From Eledone cirrhosa (Eukaryota), in NCBI GenBank assembly GCA_964016885.1, contig OZ024740.1, positions 280,612,001 through 280,676,000 on the forward strand: a stretch of 64,000 bases of DNA. Direction: 5' to 3'. This document shows, piece after piece, positions 41,203 to 54,023 of the stretch. Positions within the stretch are counted from its first letter, which is position 1; the number at the start of each line of letters is the position of its first letter. The notes under the pieces are model-generated. The model saw only the letters and a list, made by a program, of their open reading frames with translations. It was not told the DNA's origin and searched no databases. Position numbers and translations under genes: made by a program.

Positions 41203-42791
41203 TGCCTCTCAAAAGTTTACAACACATTAGGAAAAATGCAGTTTTAGGTATTTTTAATAAAGTTAGGGTAATGAAAATTTAACTACTGATAGAACATATA
41301 ATGAGGCATTTAATGATACAATCATATTTAAAAAAAAATAACAAGGAAATAACACATGAAGAAAAATCAATATTTTTATAACGCAAAAGTTTACAACACA
41401 TTTTATATTTATCGCTTTTTTTCAAGAAAATTCTTAAATTTTCAGATTTAAAATTCAGTAGAATGTTCTAGATTAGGTTTAAGGTAACTTCTAAGGACTA
41501 TTAAAAACATTACATCATTATTTGTCTGACAACCATCCTGTAAACATTGACAACCGTCCTGTAAACATGGACAATATGGGGAAAAATAAACTGATTGATC
41601 AAGACCTCCGTAAAGGCATTGTAGACCTTCATACAAATGGTGTTGGTTATAGAAAGATATCTTGTCAGTTAAATGTGCCATTGAGTTCAGTTGGTACAAT
41701 AATTCGTCACTGGAAATCTCATCATTCCATCTGTCCTCTAATTAGTTCTGGTTGTCCTAGAAAGATAACGGAACGTGCAGCTCGGTTATTGACGAGAAAG
41801 GTTGGCAACGAACCCCGGTGTACTCTTAAAAATCTTCAGGATGACCTAGAAGAAAGTGGAGTAAAAGTGAGCACAGATACAATTAGTCGTTCACTTCGTC
41901 GATATAATATCTTCTCGAGGTCTCCAAGGAAAACACCACTTCTTACGAGGAAACACGTTCTTCGTCGATTAAACTTTGTAAATGAGCATCTAATCAAACC
42001 TGCGTCATTTTCGGAAGATGTACTTTAGTCGGACGAAACAAAAATTGAACATTTTGGTCGAAATGCTGTGGCAAAAGTCTGGAGAAAGAAAGGTACTGAA
42101 TATTCGCTGAAGAATACTATTCCAACTGTAAAATTTGGAGGTGGTCTGGGGTTGCTTTAGTGCCACAGGAGTAAGGCATTTTGAAATAATAGAAGGAAGA
42201 ATGGGTGGCACTTATTATAGAGGTATTTTCTAAAGGAATTTACATCAAAGTGCACATTCTCTCAGCTTAAAGCCAGGTTGGTTTTTTCAACAAGATAACA
42301 ATCCAAAGCATACTGCAAAGCTAACACAATCTTGGTTAAGTACGAATGGAATAAATGTTCTAAAATGACCATGTCAGCCTCCAGATCTTAACCCGATCGA
42401 AAATTTGTGGAGAGAATTCAAAAAAGGAAACCCCAAAATATCCCTGAACTAAAGAAAATTTGTTGTGAAGAATGGATAAATATTAGCCAAGAAACATGCA
42501 AGAAGTTTGTAGGAGGCTACTCCAAACGCCCTACAGGCTGTACTTAGCAACAAAGGTTACGCTACAAAATATTAAGAGATGATTTAATAAATGTGTTGTA
42601 AACTTTTGCGTTATAAAAATATTGATTTTTCTTCATGAGTTATTTCCTTGTTATTTTTTAAAACTATGATTGTATCATTAAATGCCTCATTATATGTTCT
42701 ATCGGTAGTTAAATTTTCATTACCCTAACTTTATTAAAAATACCTAAAACCGCGTTTTTCCTAATGTGTTGTAAACTTTTGCGGGGCACTG
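41200..42791 (+). mobile_element. Tc1-family DNA transposon, IR/DR type, full length but defective
   Basis: TA|CAGTG...CACTG|TA; ~203-bp TIRs each containing two copies of aaaagtttacaacacatt. Confidence 0.95.
41576..42575 (+). pseudogene. Tc1 DD34E transposase pseudogene
   Basis: MGKNKLIDQDLRKGIVDLH...GCPRK...VL*SDETK...FQQDNNPKH...PDLNPIENLW...GYATKY*, with several stops and frameshifts. Confidence 0.92.
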
Positions 42792-42842
<51 letters not shown>

Positions 42843-42982
42843 GTATATATGTATGTATATATGTATGTATATATGTATGTATTTATGTATGTATAATGTA
42901 TGTATTTATGTATGTATTTATGTATGTTTATATGTATGTGTGTGCGTCTGTGTGTCTGTGTGTATGAGAGAGAGAGAGAGAG

Positions 42983-43019
<37 letters not shown>

Positions 43020-43999
43020 TTAAAATGATATTTAAGCGTAACTCGAGTAATAAGCATTTTCAGGCATCATATATTTTAAACCACCTACAGAAAACAATTA
43101 AAAAACATTTCTGTTATTCGACACCAAAAAGGAGTCCATAATATTTCAGACGGAAATCCTTGCTTCAAATCATGTTGAAAGTATCATGCATTATTTTATT
43201 TCCGCATTAATAGTTATAAAAATATCTCACATTTTAACCTTAGATTCAAATAGTATACCACTTACACAGTGCCAACGCAAAGACAGCACATATTTTCCCA
43301 GTATTTTCTCACAGCACCACTCCTAATATCAACAACCCCCGCATTTCATACCACTCCTATATGTTATCTAATTTTGACTCTATTTAATAAAAAAAATGAC
43401 TGTTTCTAACACATTTCGAACAATTCTAACATATTTAAAAAAATAAACAAATATAAGAGACTGTTCATATGATTTTACAAACAAAATTTGATATAATAAC
43501 TAGTAAATGACCCATTGTTTCGCCATATTCACTGCAGAATAAGCTCAAAGATTCCAATGAATAGTTTCGTACATTTTATATCAACTAGAAATAGATTGAC
43601 ACATATATATATCATGTCTCTCAGACATGACAACCTTAATATAATTCTGGATATATATACGGCCCCTTGATTGTAGAGCGAATTCAGTTGAATGGACTGG
43701 GCTGCTATTTCTAGCTGTCGATAATCCTATTCACGCCACTGGGATGACGCGGTGCGATATCTGTATTTTTTATAAAATGCAACACGTGGTTCGAGTCATT
43801 CACAGATTTGCATTTGCTGTGTAAACACAGATGCTTGGATCTTTTCCTTTGGTGACCATCCAGGATTTGACCACTGTGATTTACAGATTAATTGGTGAAA
43901 TATATATTTTATTTAAAGAAATATATACAAAGGAGATTAATCATTTTAAAAGGTATCTATATTTGAAGTTCTAGTTAAACTTTAATTAGTTAACTACCT

Positions 44000-44175
44000 A
44001 GCTATGTGTGCTTACACACTTTACAAATTATTCCCTGAGATTGTTTCATGTGTTTATGTGTCAATCTATTTCTAGTTGATATAAAATGCTCGGAACTATT
44101 CATTGGAATCTTTGACCTTATTCTGCAGTAAATATGGCGCATGTCTCTCAGACATGACAACCTTAATTTAATTCT

Positions 44176-44178
<3 letters not shown>
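44000..44178. repeat. Unclassified ~180-bp interspersed repeat
   Basis: Recurs at about 58141-58334; rearranged, partly inverted copy at about 43518-43651. Confidence 0.7.
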
Positions 44179-44252
<74 letters not shown>

Positions 44253-44387
44253 GACAAATAGGACAAATAAAAAATACAAAAGATTTGGAAAGGACAGACA
44301 CAATATAGTTTGTTATCCTTAACTTTAAATATTAAATTAAGAAAAATTAAGAAAAATAACAGACCTATATTGGGCAAAACGCCTGGT

Positions 44388-44469
44388 AACAACTAGACAG
44401 TATAGGAGACTGTTTCGCAACATCTTAATAAGTGAAGTTCACACTCTTCTCTGCTCCTCAGTAGTTGTT
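44388..44469 (-). ncRNA. Canonical type I hammerhead ribozyme
   Basis: Minus strand: aacaacta-CTGAGGA-gca...tgc-GAAAC-AGTctcctatACT-GTC-tagttgtt; 8-bp stem I and 5-bp stem III. Confidence 0.92.
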
Positions 44470-44620
44470 GAGAAATTAGTGATCCTTTCACTTCTAAAAA
44501 TATTAGAGAATGAATTGTGTGCGATATGAATTATCGCATGTGTCATTCGGAACCCAGCTTGTCTCGAAATTCCCTGCCGCTAAAAATAGCAGCCTGGCTG
44601 ACAGGACATCAAAATTAGCT

Positions 44621-44682
<62 letters not shown>

Positions 44683-44759
44683 TATCTAGGGCGGGTAAAA
44701 TTCCTGAGATCTTTTCAGTGGCTGATAATACCTTACCGGCGCCACTCGGATAAGGTAAT

Positions 44760-44921
44760 TATTTAACCAATAAATGGGGCCCTAACAGGTACTAATACTC
44801 CGGGTAAGAGCAGATCTGGGAGTGATAACAACTAATGGGTAATTCCACATTCCCCACAGCTCCTGAACTTCCGAACTGGAGCCTTGCCACTGCATGTAGT
44901 TTAATGTCATACCCAGGACAA
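44760..44921. repeat. Interspersed repeat resembling a common octopus repeat
   Basis: ggtactaatactccgggtaagagcagatctgggagt...gtcatacccaggaca; recognised from memory only, single copy in this window. Confidence 0.4.
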
Positions 44922-44924
44922 ATA

Positions 44925-46841
44925 TGTATATATACAACAGCACACGGAATCTAACACAACCAGATTCCCGATATACCAACTGGATCGCCCACTCTGCCCA
45001 CCGCCTGCCAACCGCGAGCTGGAAGAAAAACTCTCGAGGCTAAAACATACCGTATTTAACATCTTACGGAAACAGAAGAAGATAGCCCCAAACCTCTCTA
45101 GGACGCAACAACTCGCCCTGAAGAACCTGCAGAATAGGGAACTCATATACTTACCATCCGACAAAGGTAAAGCGTTTTGTATCATCTCTCCAGCCACATA
45201 CAACAACCTAGCCTTTGAACACTTAAGCGACAACGAACTATATACAGAGATCCCGGACATAACTGCAGCCCAGATCGAAAAACAGGCCAACTCCATTTGG
45301 TTCGACTTTTGTAGTAGAAGACAACTCCCAAATAAATTTAAGTCCAATTACACCACTAGAAATAGCAGACTGCCCACTTTCTATCACCTCATCAAACCCA
45401 TAAGAATAGTACTAAAACACAAATAAGACTCATCGTCTCTAGCATAGAAGGGCCCCTATACAAAATCTCCTGGCTCCTCTCCCAGGTCCTCAAGCCTCTA
45501 CACTCCACCTTTCCCGGGAATGTCAGTAGCTCCGACGAGGTCATACGTAGACTACACCAAATCCAGCCAGAACAACTTAAACTCAATAGATACGCCTTTA
45601 GCCTTGACGTTGTCTCCCTCTACACTACAGTCCCCGCTCATCCAGCTGTCGATTTATTGACGGACTGCGTGGTCGCCGAAGACGTCCACTGCTACGGCCT
45701 CCACCCGACGGACATACACCAACTTTTGTCCTTCACAGTGGACAACACGTACTTCACCTTCCACCACCACACATACATACATACAACAGGATTACCCATG
45801 GGATCCAGCCTATCGGGCCTGCTGGCCATCACCTACATGAACCAGCTGTAATTCCGAGCCCTCAACACCTGTCATTCCTATACCTTCTTCATCCGGTATG
45901 TAGATGACATACTCATCCTTACATCATCCCGTGAAGAAGCGGATAAAATATACATGACATTCTCCAGCATGGACGCCAATATAAAGTTCAGCATGGAACA
46001 CCCCGATGACTGCGGTTCCCTATCCCTATTGGACTTCCAACTCAGGGTAACAGAGGAAGGCGACATCCACACCTGCTTCTACAAAAAATCCGCCAGCGGG
46101 AACCTGTTTGTACATTCCAGATCAGCCCTCCCAGTCAGCGCTAAGTTCGGATACATAAGGAACGAACTAACACGTATCCGGAACAAATGCACCGACGCAA
46201 GAGACCGAGACACACTCACCACACATTTCCTGGAAGTACTTAAACTGAACGGATACCCGACGTCCACCGCGAACCGTGCCAGAAACAACAGAGGACACCA
46301 CACCCGAGGCACTAACACCTGCTTCCTGAAGCTCCCACACTTCAGTGACGAAACAACAACAGCCATCCGCAGATCTATCAGACGAGAGGGACTAGATATC
46401 CAGCTAGTCCACTCAGGACCTTCTCTACGCGGACAGCTAACCAAGAGACACTCCACCAGACATGACAGCCGCTGTACTCTGGCCAACTGCCCCATCGACG
46501 ACACAGACATATGCCACCAGGCTTACGTCGTATACAGATTAGAGTGCGACAAATGCAGCAATTTCTACGTAGATAGCACCACCAAACAACTTCACATTAG
46601 AATAAAAGAACACCTCAACACTAATGCTTCCTCATTTAAGAAACACCCAGTAAAAGGCAAAAACACCGACAAAAACATAATAGTTAGGATAGAAGCTAAG
46701 GAAAGAAACCTCGGCAATCTTAGAATTAAAGAAGCACTAATTATAGACACAACGCAACCACCAATCAATAACAGACTTGAACTCAACACACAATTTTTAA
46801 CAGGATAGAACACCTAGCCCCACACTTACACCTCCACGTAT

Positions 46842-46923
<82 letters not shown>

Positions 46924-47032
46924 GCTTACACCGTATTCTCTCTCTCTCACACACACACACACTTAGACCAGTTTTAACATGATAGAGCATCTAGCCCCCA
47001 CATTTACATATAAACATATCCTCTCACACTCA

Positions 47033-47099
<67 letters not shown>

Positions 47100-47104
47100 C
47101 CACC

Positions 47105-47144
<40 letters not shown>

Positions 47145-47498
47145 TGCTTACAACTTCAGGTATTCTCCCACACACACTTAGACATACATGTCCAAACTCC
47201 TTTAAAGAGGGATAACCCTTTATCCACCTAACCTTCACTCTTTGACATTAGAAATAGAATGGAATTTCTATACTATTTCCTGTCAGCATGACTTAGCAAG
47301 CTAATTAGAACACTGAAGAAGAGATATTATCTCGAAACTTAAGGATATTCAAATAGATTTAAGGGAAAAGACTAATTGTCAGCGATATCTTTTGCATTTG
47401 TATTTATATTCTATATCCATACCTGCATTGTTATGGCCTTCTAACTCCAAACGTGTATACCTCACTACGCAATGCTTCAAGTAAACTACAATTTCCTT

Positions 47499-47500
<2 letters not shown>
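44925..47500 (+). mobile_element. Penelope-like element 2 (disrupted RT + GIY-YIG) with a 3' pLTR
   Basis: PSDKG, SLDVVSLYTTVP, GLPMGSSLS, RYVDD, VVYRLECDKC..FYVDST..LHIRIKEH; stops and frameshifts; decayed HHR near the 3' end. Confidence 0.9.
47308..47350 (+). ncRNA. Decayed hammerhead ribozyme in the PLE2 3' end
   Basis: gaaca-CTGAAGA-a-gagat-att-atctc-GAAAC-TTAA-GGA-tattc; the cleavage triplet lacks U16.1. Confidence 0.6.
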
Positions 47501-47548
<48 letters not shown>

Positions 47549-47714
47549 AGTGTGTGTGTGTGTGTGTGTATATATAAACAAAGTTTGTTTTGGCTCTAAT
47601 ATGGTGGATATATAAATGTATTCGTGAATAATAAAAATATTATTATAATATTATAATATTTGCTTGCAAGCAAACAGCCTCATTAACACCATGTGTGTTT
47701 TCTAGTTGACTGAC

Positions 47715-48129
47715 GAAATTTCGTTTCATTCTATTCCATTTATCTTTTTCGGTGTGCCCGGCCGACTGAACTCACTCGATATGCAAATTAGGCTGCTCAG
47801 CCGTTAATATGCATAAGGAAAGTATATACTTTCAGACGTTCAACCATCTGGCAGGAAGGTATACGATGCTGACGATAGCTAATAAGCTTGAAACTAGTAC
47901 ATCGTTCCTGTGTCAGTGTTGAACAAAAAGGTGACGTGGTTGCCTAAACACTGCACGGCGTAATTCGGGCTGTTTGTTTGTTTACAAACAAACAAACAAA
48001 CCGAGCATTATAATAAATGTTCGGTAAACCGATACGTGCATATATATATAAGTGTGTGCATGTATGTATATATATATATATACATACTACTGTACGTATG
48101 TATACATATATGTATGTACGTATACATAC
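47715..48129 (+). mobile_element. Family A HHR element, second copy
   Basis: Colinear with about 15673-16066. Confidence 0.8.
47863..47905 (+). ncRNA. Type I hammerhead ribozyme, family A (intact core)
   Basis: acgatg-CTGACGA-tagctaataagctt-GAAAC-TA-GTA-catcgt; palindromic ACTAGT stem III. Confidence 0.9.
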
Positions 48130-48137
48130 ATATACAC

Positions 48138-48171
<34 letters not shown>

Positions 48172-49994
48172 ATGTATGTATGTGTGTGTCTATGTGTATG
48201 TGTGTATGTGTATATATATATATATATTTATACGTGTTTATAAATGTGCCTGTGTGTGTATGCAATATATTTAATGATGAGCATTTCCACAGATTTTCTC
48301 CATATATATTTCACCTTTTTATAAGTATACTCTTTACATTGTGTAATTACTCTATTTCATATAGTAATATTTAAATATTGTTTCACTTACATAACTATTT
48401 AATTATTGTCTATATGGGATATCATATAAATTTAATCAGTCTAATTCCGCGCCACAAATCTACGACATAATCTTCCTTCGCAATTTCCTCACTAAAACTT
48501 CAATTACAAAAAGTAACAAACCGAATTATATTCTAGTGTAAACAAAATAAAAATAAGTATATTGAGTATTTTTTCTTTCGTTTTTTTTTTATCGATTTTG
48601 TCATACATCTTTGCACCATGTAAGTACCTACTAGCTACATAATAAAATGTTTCTTTTCTTATGTAATATAATAGGAAATTTTCACACTGAAATAAGTTTA
48701 TTTTAGTGTTAGAGAGAAGAGATATATGGTTTATGTCCCAATGTACACACGAGTGCATGAATTATCTTTATATTATTACTTTAATCACCATTACCCCTTC
48801 GTCTGAAGTAACAATTTATATGCCTGTGTTCTAGTAATCAATACTTCCTTCCTTTCTATCTAAACTCAGCTATTGAACACTAAAAGAGGCGATAGGGAAC
48901 TGTATATTAGTTTGGCGTCTCTTGTTCATTACTGGGAGTGTCAGAACTTTGCTAGACTTCCAAAGCAAGAGACTACTGCTGGCTGGACATCTGTTGAGAT
49001 ATCATATTCCATTTTCAAAACAACTGGGGAAATGAAGGGAAAAAAGAACGCCCAAAGCAAGAAATCAAACTTTAATAAATACCCTTCTAACAAACTATAG
49101 AAGAAATTAATAGAGAGTTCTGCGGAACACATTCATTACTAGGGACGTGGTGATGCCGTCAGCGAGATTCTATATATGTCATTTATCTGTTAGTCGCAAA
49201 ATTATGGATTGACACCTGCTACATTTTTGTTTGTAGCGTTACGTTTGTTGTGACTCTAGATGCCTATATGAGAGTGACTATCTCAGCTGCAGTGCTAGCA
49301 TTTATAGGCATTATCTACCAGTCATTTTCTGGTGCTGCTTTGCAGTCAGGTACACTTTTCTCAGTAGCAAGGCTCAGCGTATTCTTTGCTCTGTTTAAGA
49401 CCTTACATTGTTCCCGTCTCCACTGAGAACGATTGCACGTAATGTTTTCTCACCTTTCAACTTTTATGTTCATGCATTTCATGTAGACGTCAGTAAAATG
49501 ATGGACATTGGGGTTTCTCGTCTGACATGAAGAGTATATGGAGACGTCATTGCTAGAGTAGAATATGGTGGTCATATATCGGAGTGCCAGACAGAACCTC
49601 AATGATGACTTGACAGGACGACTCATAACCAGATAACGACGCACACTTGTGTTCTCAGCACATTGGTTTGCGCAACGAAACATGTAGCCTCAACTTCAGA
49701 GAAGAGCAGCGTCTCAAAGAATTCCGCCTTTGCTGTTTGAGGAACGCCTTGAACTTTAGTCGAGAAGTGACATACTCCTTAAAATAAAGAAAACATTTTT
49801 ACTTTATACAAACTAGATTTTGACCTTCCGTCGCTAGAAGTGTTATTAAAGTAAGTCCGGGAGTGTAACAAATAGATCCTGTGGCAAGCATGTCTTTCAT
49901 AAATGGATACCTGAAGTAAAGGAAGACCAACCACAGTTGAACACTGGTTAACAAAAATTTGAAAATTGAATCTTTAAAGATTTTGTTCTAGAGA

Positions 49995-50168
49995 AATAAT
50001 TGTTTCTACTTTAGGCACAAGGCCAGCAATTACCCAGTGCATTACTGGTACTTTATTTTATCGACCCCGTAAGGATGAAAGGCAAAGTCAACCTCGGCGG
50101 GATTTGAACTCAGATCGTAAAGGGACGTAACTATGCTGGAAAGCATGGCGTCCGACCCTCTACCGATA
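49995..50168 (-). mobile_element. SINE family 1
   Basis: Reverse complement of the family 1 body. Confidence 0.88.
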
Positions 50169-50230
50169 TGATAAACTATGTGAAAAAATATGATTATTGC
50201 CGCACAATACATAGGAGAGTATAAATATTT

Positions 50231-50458
<228 letters not shown>

Positions 50459-51793
50459 GAAAAAGTATGCCGTCGCGGTCATACTTTTTCCTATTACCCG
50501 CTCTACTACCCTAAGTATTGAGTACTCTGGTGCGTTATGGTCCATCTGCTTCCTTACCACAATTCCTTCGTTTTATATATATATATAAGTGTTTGTATGT
50601 GTGAGTGTGTGTGTATGTTTGAATAACGTCTACTGGAGAGGCATCGTGAGGGCCAATAATACCAACAGTTTCCTGAATTATATTATACTATATCATATAA
50701 CAAACATTATATTTTTGACAATATCTACTTTTTGTCTAATATAGTATTGCCAAACAGTATACATCCCTACAGCTACAAGTACAGAAAATAGTACACCATC
50801 TTTATCTATGTATTACTGCTGTACGTGGTGAATTATATAGCAGAAAGATATATTGTTCCATCTAATGTATAATTTACTGTATCTAATTTGGTGCTTGAGT
50901 GATCTAAATCCAAATTGTGGGCATTTCAGTTCGTTCTTATGAGGTAGATAAATCGCATATGTTATTAGGTTGGTTTAAGTGATTGAAAAAACATAATCTG
51001 CTTAGAGAAATGAATATAACAAGTTCTTATTTTAAATACTTTGTTTTACGACCAGCTAAATCCGCAGCACGATTTCGAATTCTCGGCAAAAGTAATTTAT
51101 TTTCACTTACGTCTTTAATTGCATTAAAGAAGCGACAGTTTCAAGAAATTCCACTTTTCTTTTCTTATATACGGAAACACACACACACACGTATATATAT
51201 ATGTGTGTGTGTGTGTATATATATATATAAATATAAATTCAGCGAGAATCGTATTTCGGTGGGTAGAAGTAAGCAAAACTCAATTTCCGATTTGTGTGGC
51301 AAGCGCTCCATGGACCAAAAGCGACCAGAGCAATAGAAATATGTTATAAAGGCCATACAAACTGAGACCGTTGTTAAGAAGCTATCAACCACCTAAGACA
51401 AAAAAAAAACGAAGCAAGATAAACGGGTCAAACAAAATATGAAAGAAAAATTTACCCGGACTCAATGGAAATGATGGTATAAACCAGTACAGGGTTTCTG
51501 CGACACCTAAATCAATAATACTGTCTGCTTAAAAAAAAAATAAATAAGCCTTTGGTATAATGATCGAACAAGGATATCACTTTCTCAACAGGTATTTTGT
51601 TCTGCGCCGGGGTTTTGAATCTCACAGTGTTTTGAAAGCACATGTGTAACTCTACAGGGGAGGGAGAAAACCCAAAATGTTGGCAAATGAATTCAGTATG
51701 AGTAATCAATGCAAAAATTGCAAAAACAACACAAATTTTATTCAGCTCTCGACCGGGTAGTTTTTAAAATATACTTAAGCAATTAATCAGTCA

Positions 51794-51862
<69 letters not shown>

Positions 51863-51866
51863 AAGC

Positions 51867-51940
<74 letters not shown>

Positions 51941-52322
51941 GCGTGTGCGTATGTGTGTGTGTGTGTGTGTGTGTAACGGCGAATGAGTCATTAGAACGTC
52001 GATCAGAATGCTTTTCTATATCTGTGGAAGATATCGGCTACAGTTAGATCTAGAGAAGGTAGCCATTATCTTTTCATCCACACAAAGTCAGTAAAACCTT
52101 TCCAACCCACTTCTGTTTTCTGTTTTCTTCGACTACACGAACCTGTTCCAGTCAGTCTCCAATCTGTATATAGCTTTGTCTATCTGTGATCATTTATTTG
52201 TGCCACATTCCCCGTCTGTTTAAGTTCATTTCATTAATATGTCTTACAATTGTTTCAAAACATTTTATACTTTTGTTTGGTCTTAGACATTGACAAGTTC
52301 CCTGTCCTTTTTGCTGATTTCT

Positions 52323-52439
<117 letters not shown>

Positions 52440-52860
52440 TATACGTTATGTAGATAGTCATACAACATGCAATGTGATAAAATATAGATATATAGTATTA
52501 TAATAACAATCCACAAGTATATTTGTCTTGGACAACAGATTTACTGGAAGACAGCTATTGAGAAAATGAAAAAAAAAAAAAAGAAATCAAGGTAGATTGT
52601 GTGCCTTTAATATATTATAAGACATCACCAAATGAAAGATACCGCTCTGCCCTAACGCCGGAGTGTTTGACCAGTGTAACATACCATCCATGACTTAAAC
52701 ACATATGACTAAAGCATGAAACAAGCTTAGAATAAAACTAAAACCTCAGTTTATAGTTTATATATATATGTAAGCAAAGGGATATTTAATTTGACAGGTT
52801 TTCTGGAGTATAATATCAATGATATTAATAAATGGAAATTATATTCATAAAACCACATTT

Positions 52861-52919
52861 ATTCTATTATATATATTTCAAGGATACCAAAACTTTGGTA
52901 CACTCTCATCAGATAAAAT
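52861..52919 (-). ncRNA. Type I hammerhead ribozyme (left arm)
   Basis: Minus strand: attttat-CTGATGA-gagtgtaccaaagttttggtatcctt-GAAA-TATATA-TA-atagaat. Confidence 0.75.
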
Positions 52920-53031
52920 ACAAAGTTTGTTTTATAAATATTGACATATCCAGGAACGAGATCTTAATGGTTCAAGTTTTACCAGCTAAAACTTGAACTG
53001 GATATGTCAATATTTATAAAACAAACTTTGT

Positions 53032-53090
53032 ATTTTATCTGATGAGAGCGTACCAAAGTTTTGGTATCCCTGAAATATATATAATAGAAT
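53032..53090 (+). ncRNA. Type I hammerhead ribozyme (right arm)
   Basis: attttat-CTGATGA-gagcgtaccaaagttttggtatccct-GAAA-TATATA-TA-atagaat, overlapped by AATAAA at 53088-53093. Confidence 0.72.
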
Positions 53091-53115
53091 AAATATGGTT
53101 TTATAAATATAGTTT

Positions 53116-53166
<51 letters not shown>

Positions 53167-53924
53167 TGGTATGTTACACTGGTCAACACTCTGCCCTTAG
53201 AGCAGAGCGGTATCTTACATTTGGTGATGTCTAATAATTAAAGGCACACAATATAGCTTGATTTCTTGTTTTTTCATTTTCTCTATAGCTGTATTCCAGT
53301 AAATCTGTTGTCCAAGACAAATATACTTGTGGATTGTTATTGTAATACTATATATCTATCTTTTATCACATTGCATGTTGTATGACTGTCTACATAACTT
53401 GTGTTTCCTTCATATGTATTCTAAGTGCCAACTTGTTGCCTTTAATTCCCGTAAATGAGCATTTATTAAGATGTCTGTAGCCAGTAAAGCGCAAATGACT
53501 CAAATATTCACTATTTATGTTTATTTGTTTTTCATCCTAGTTAAGCTTCTTACTGATGCCAACCAACGTTAAAGAATTTGGGTGATCTTATACTGTCTTT
53601 CTTTACAGCTGTTTCAATATTAATCTTTTCACTTTCAGATGGGAGTCCTATACTGTTGCTTGTCTAAGATCTTTTAAAATAATTTATATATAAATTCAAT
53701 GTATTTCACGATCAAGCACAACTACCGAAGGCTTCTTTCATTAACAGTAAAATATAAATACAATCGTTATCTATATTTCCAACGTTTCTGAATTACTTGG
53801 TGCTGGATTTGCTCTAGAGTTCTTATATATTTTATATATATTTATCCTTATCGAGCCTCGTGAAATAAATACGTTTGTTTGTATTTTGTTATTGTGTATG
53901 CAAAAATATCTGTACACGAATATA

Positions 53925-54021
<97 letters not shown>

Positions 54022-54023
<2 letters not shown>

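Larger units (their letters stand above)
52445..53398. mobile_element. ~950-bp fold-back element with an HHR in each arm
   Basis: 52445-52953 vs 52998-53398 are reverse complements apart from one indel; 44-bp spacer containing a small hairpin. Confidence 0.85.
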
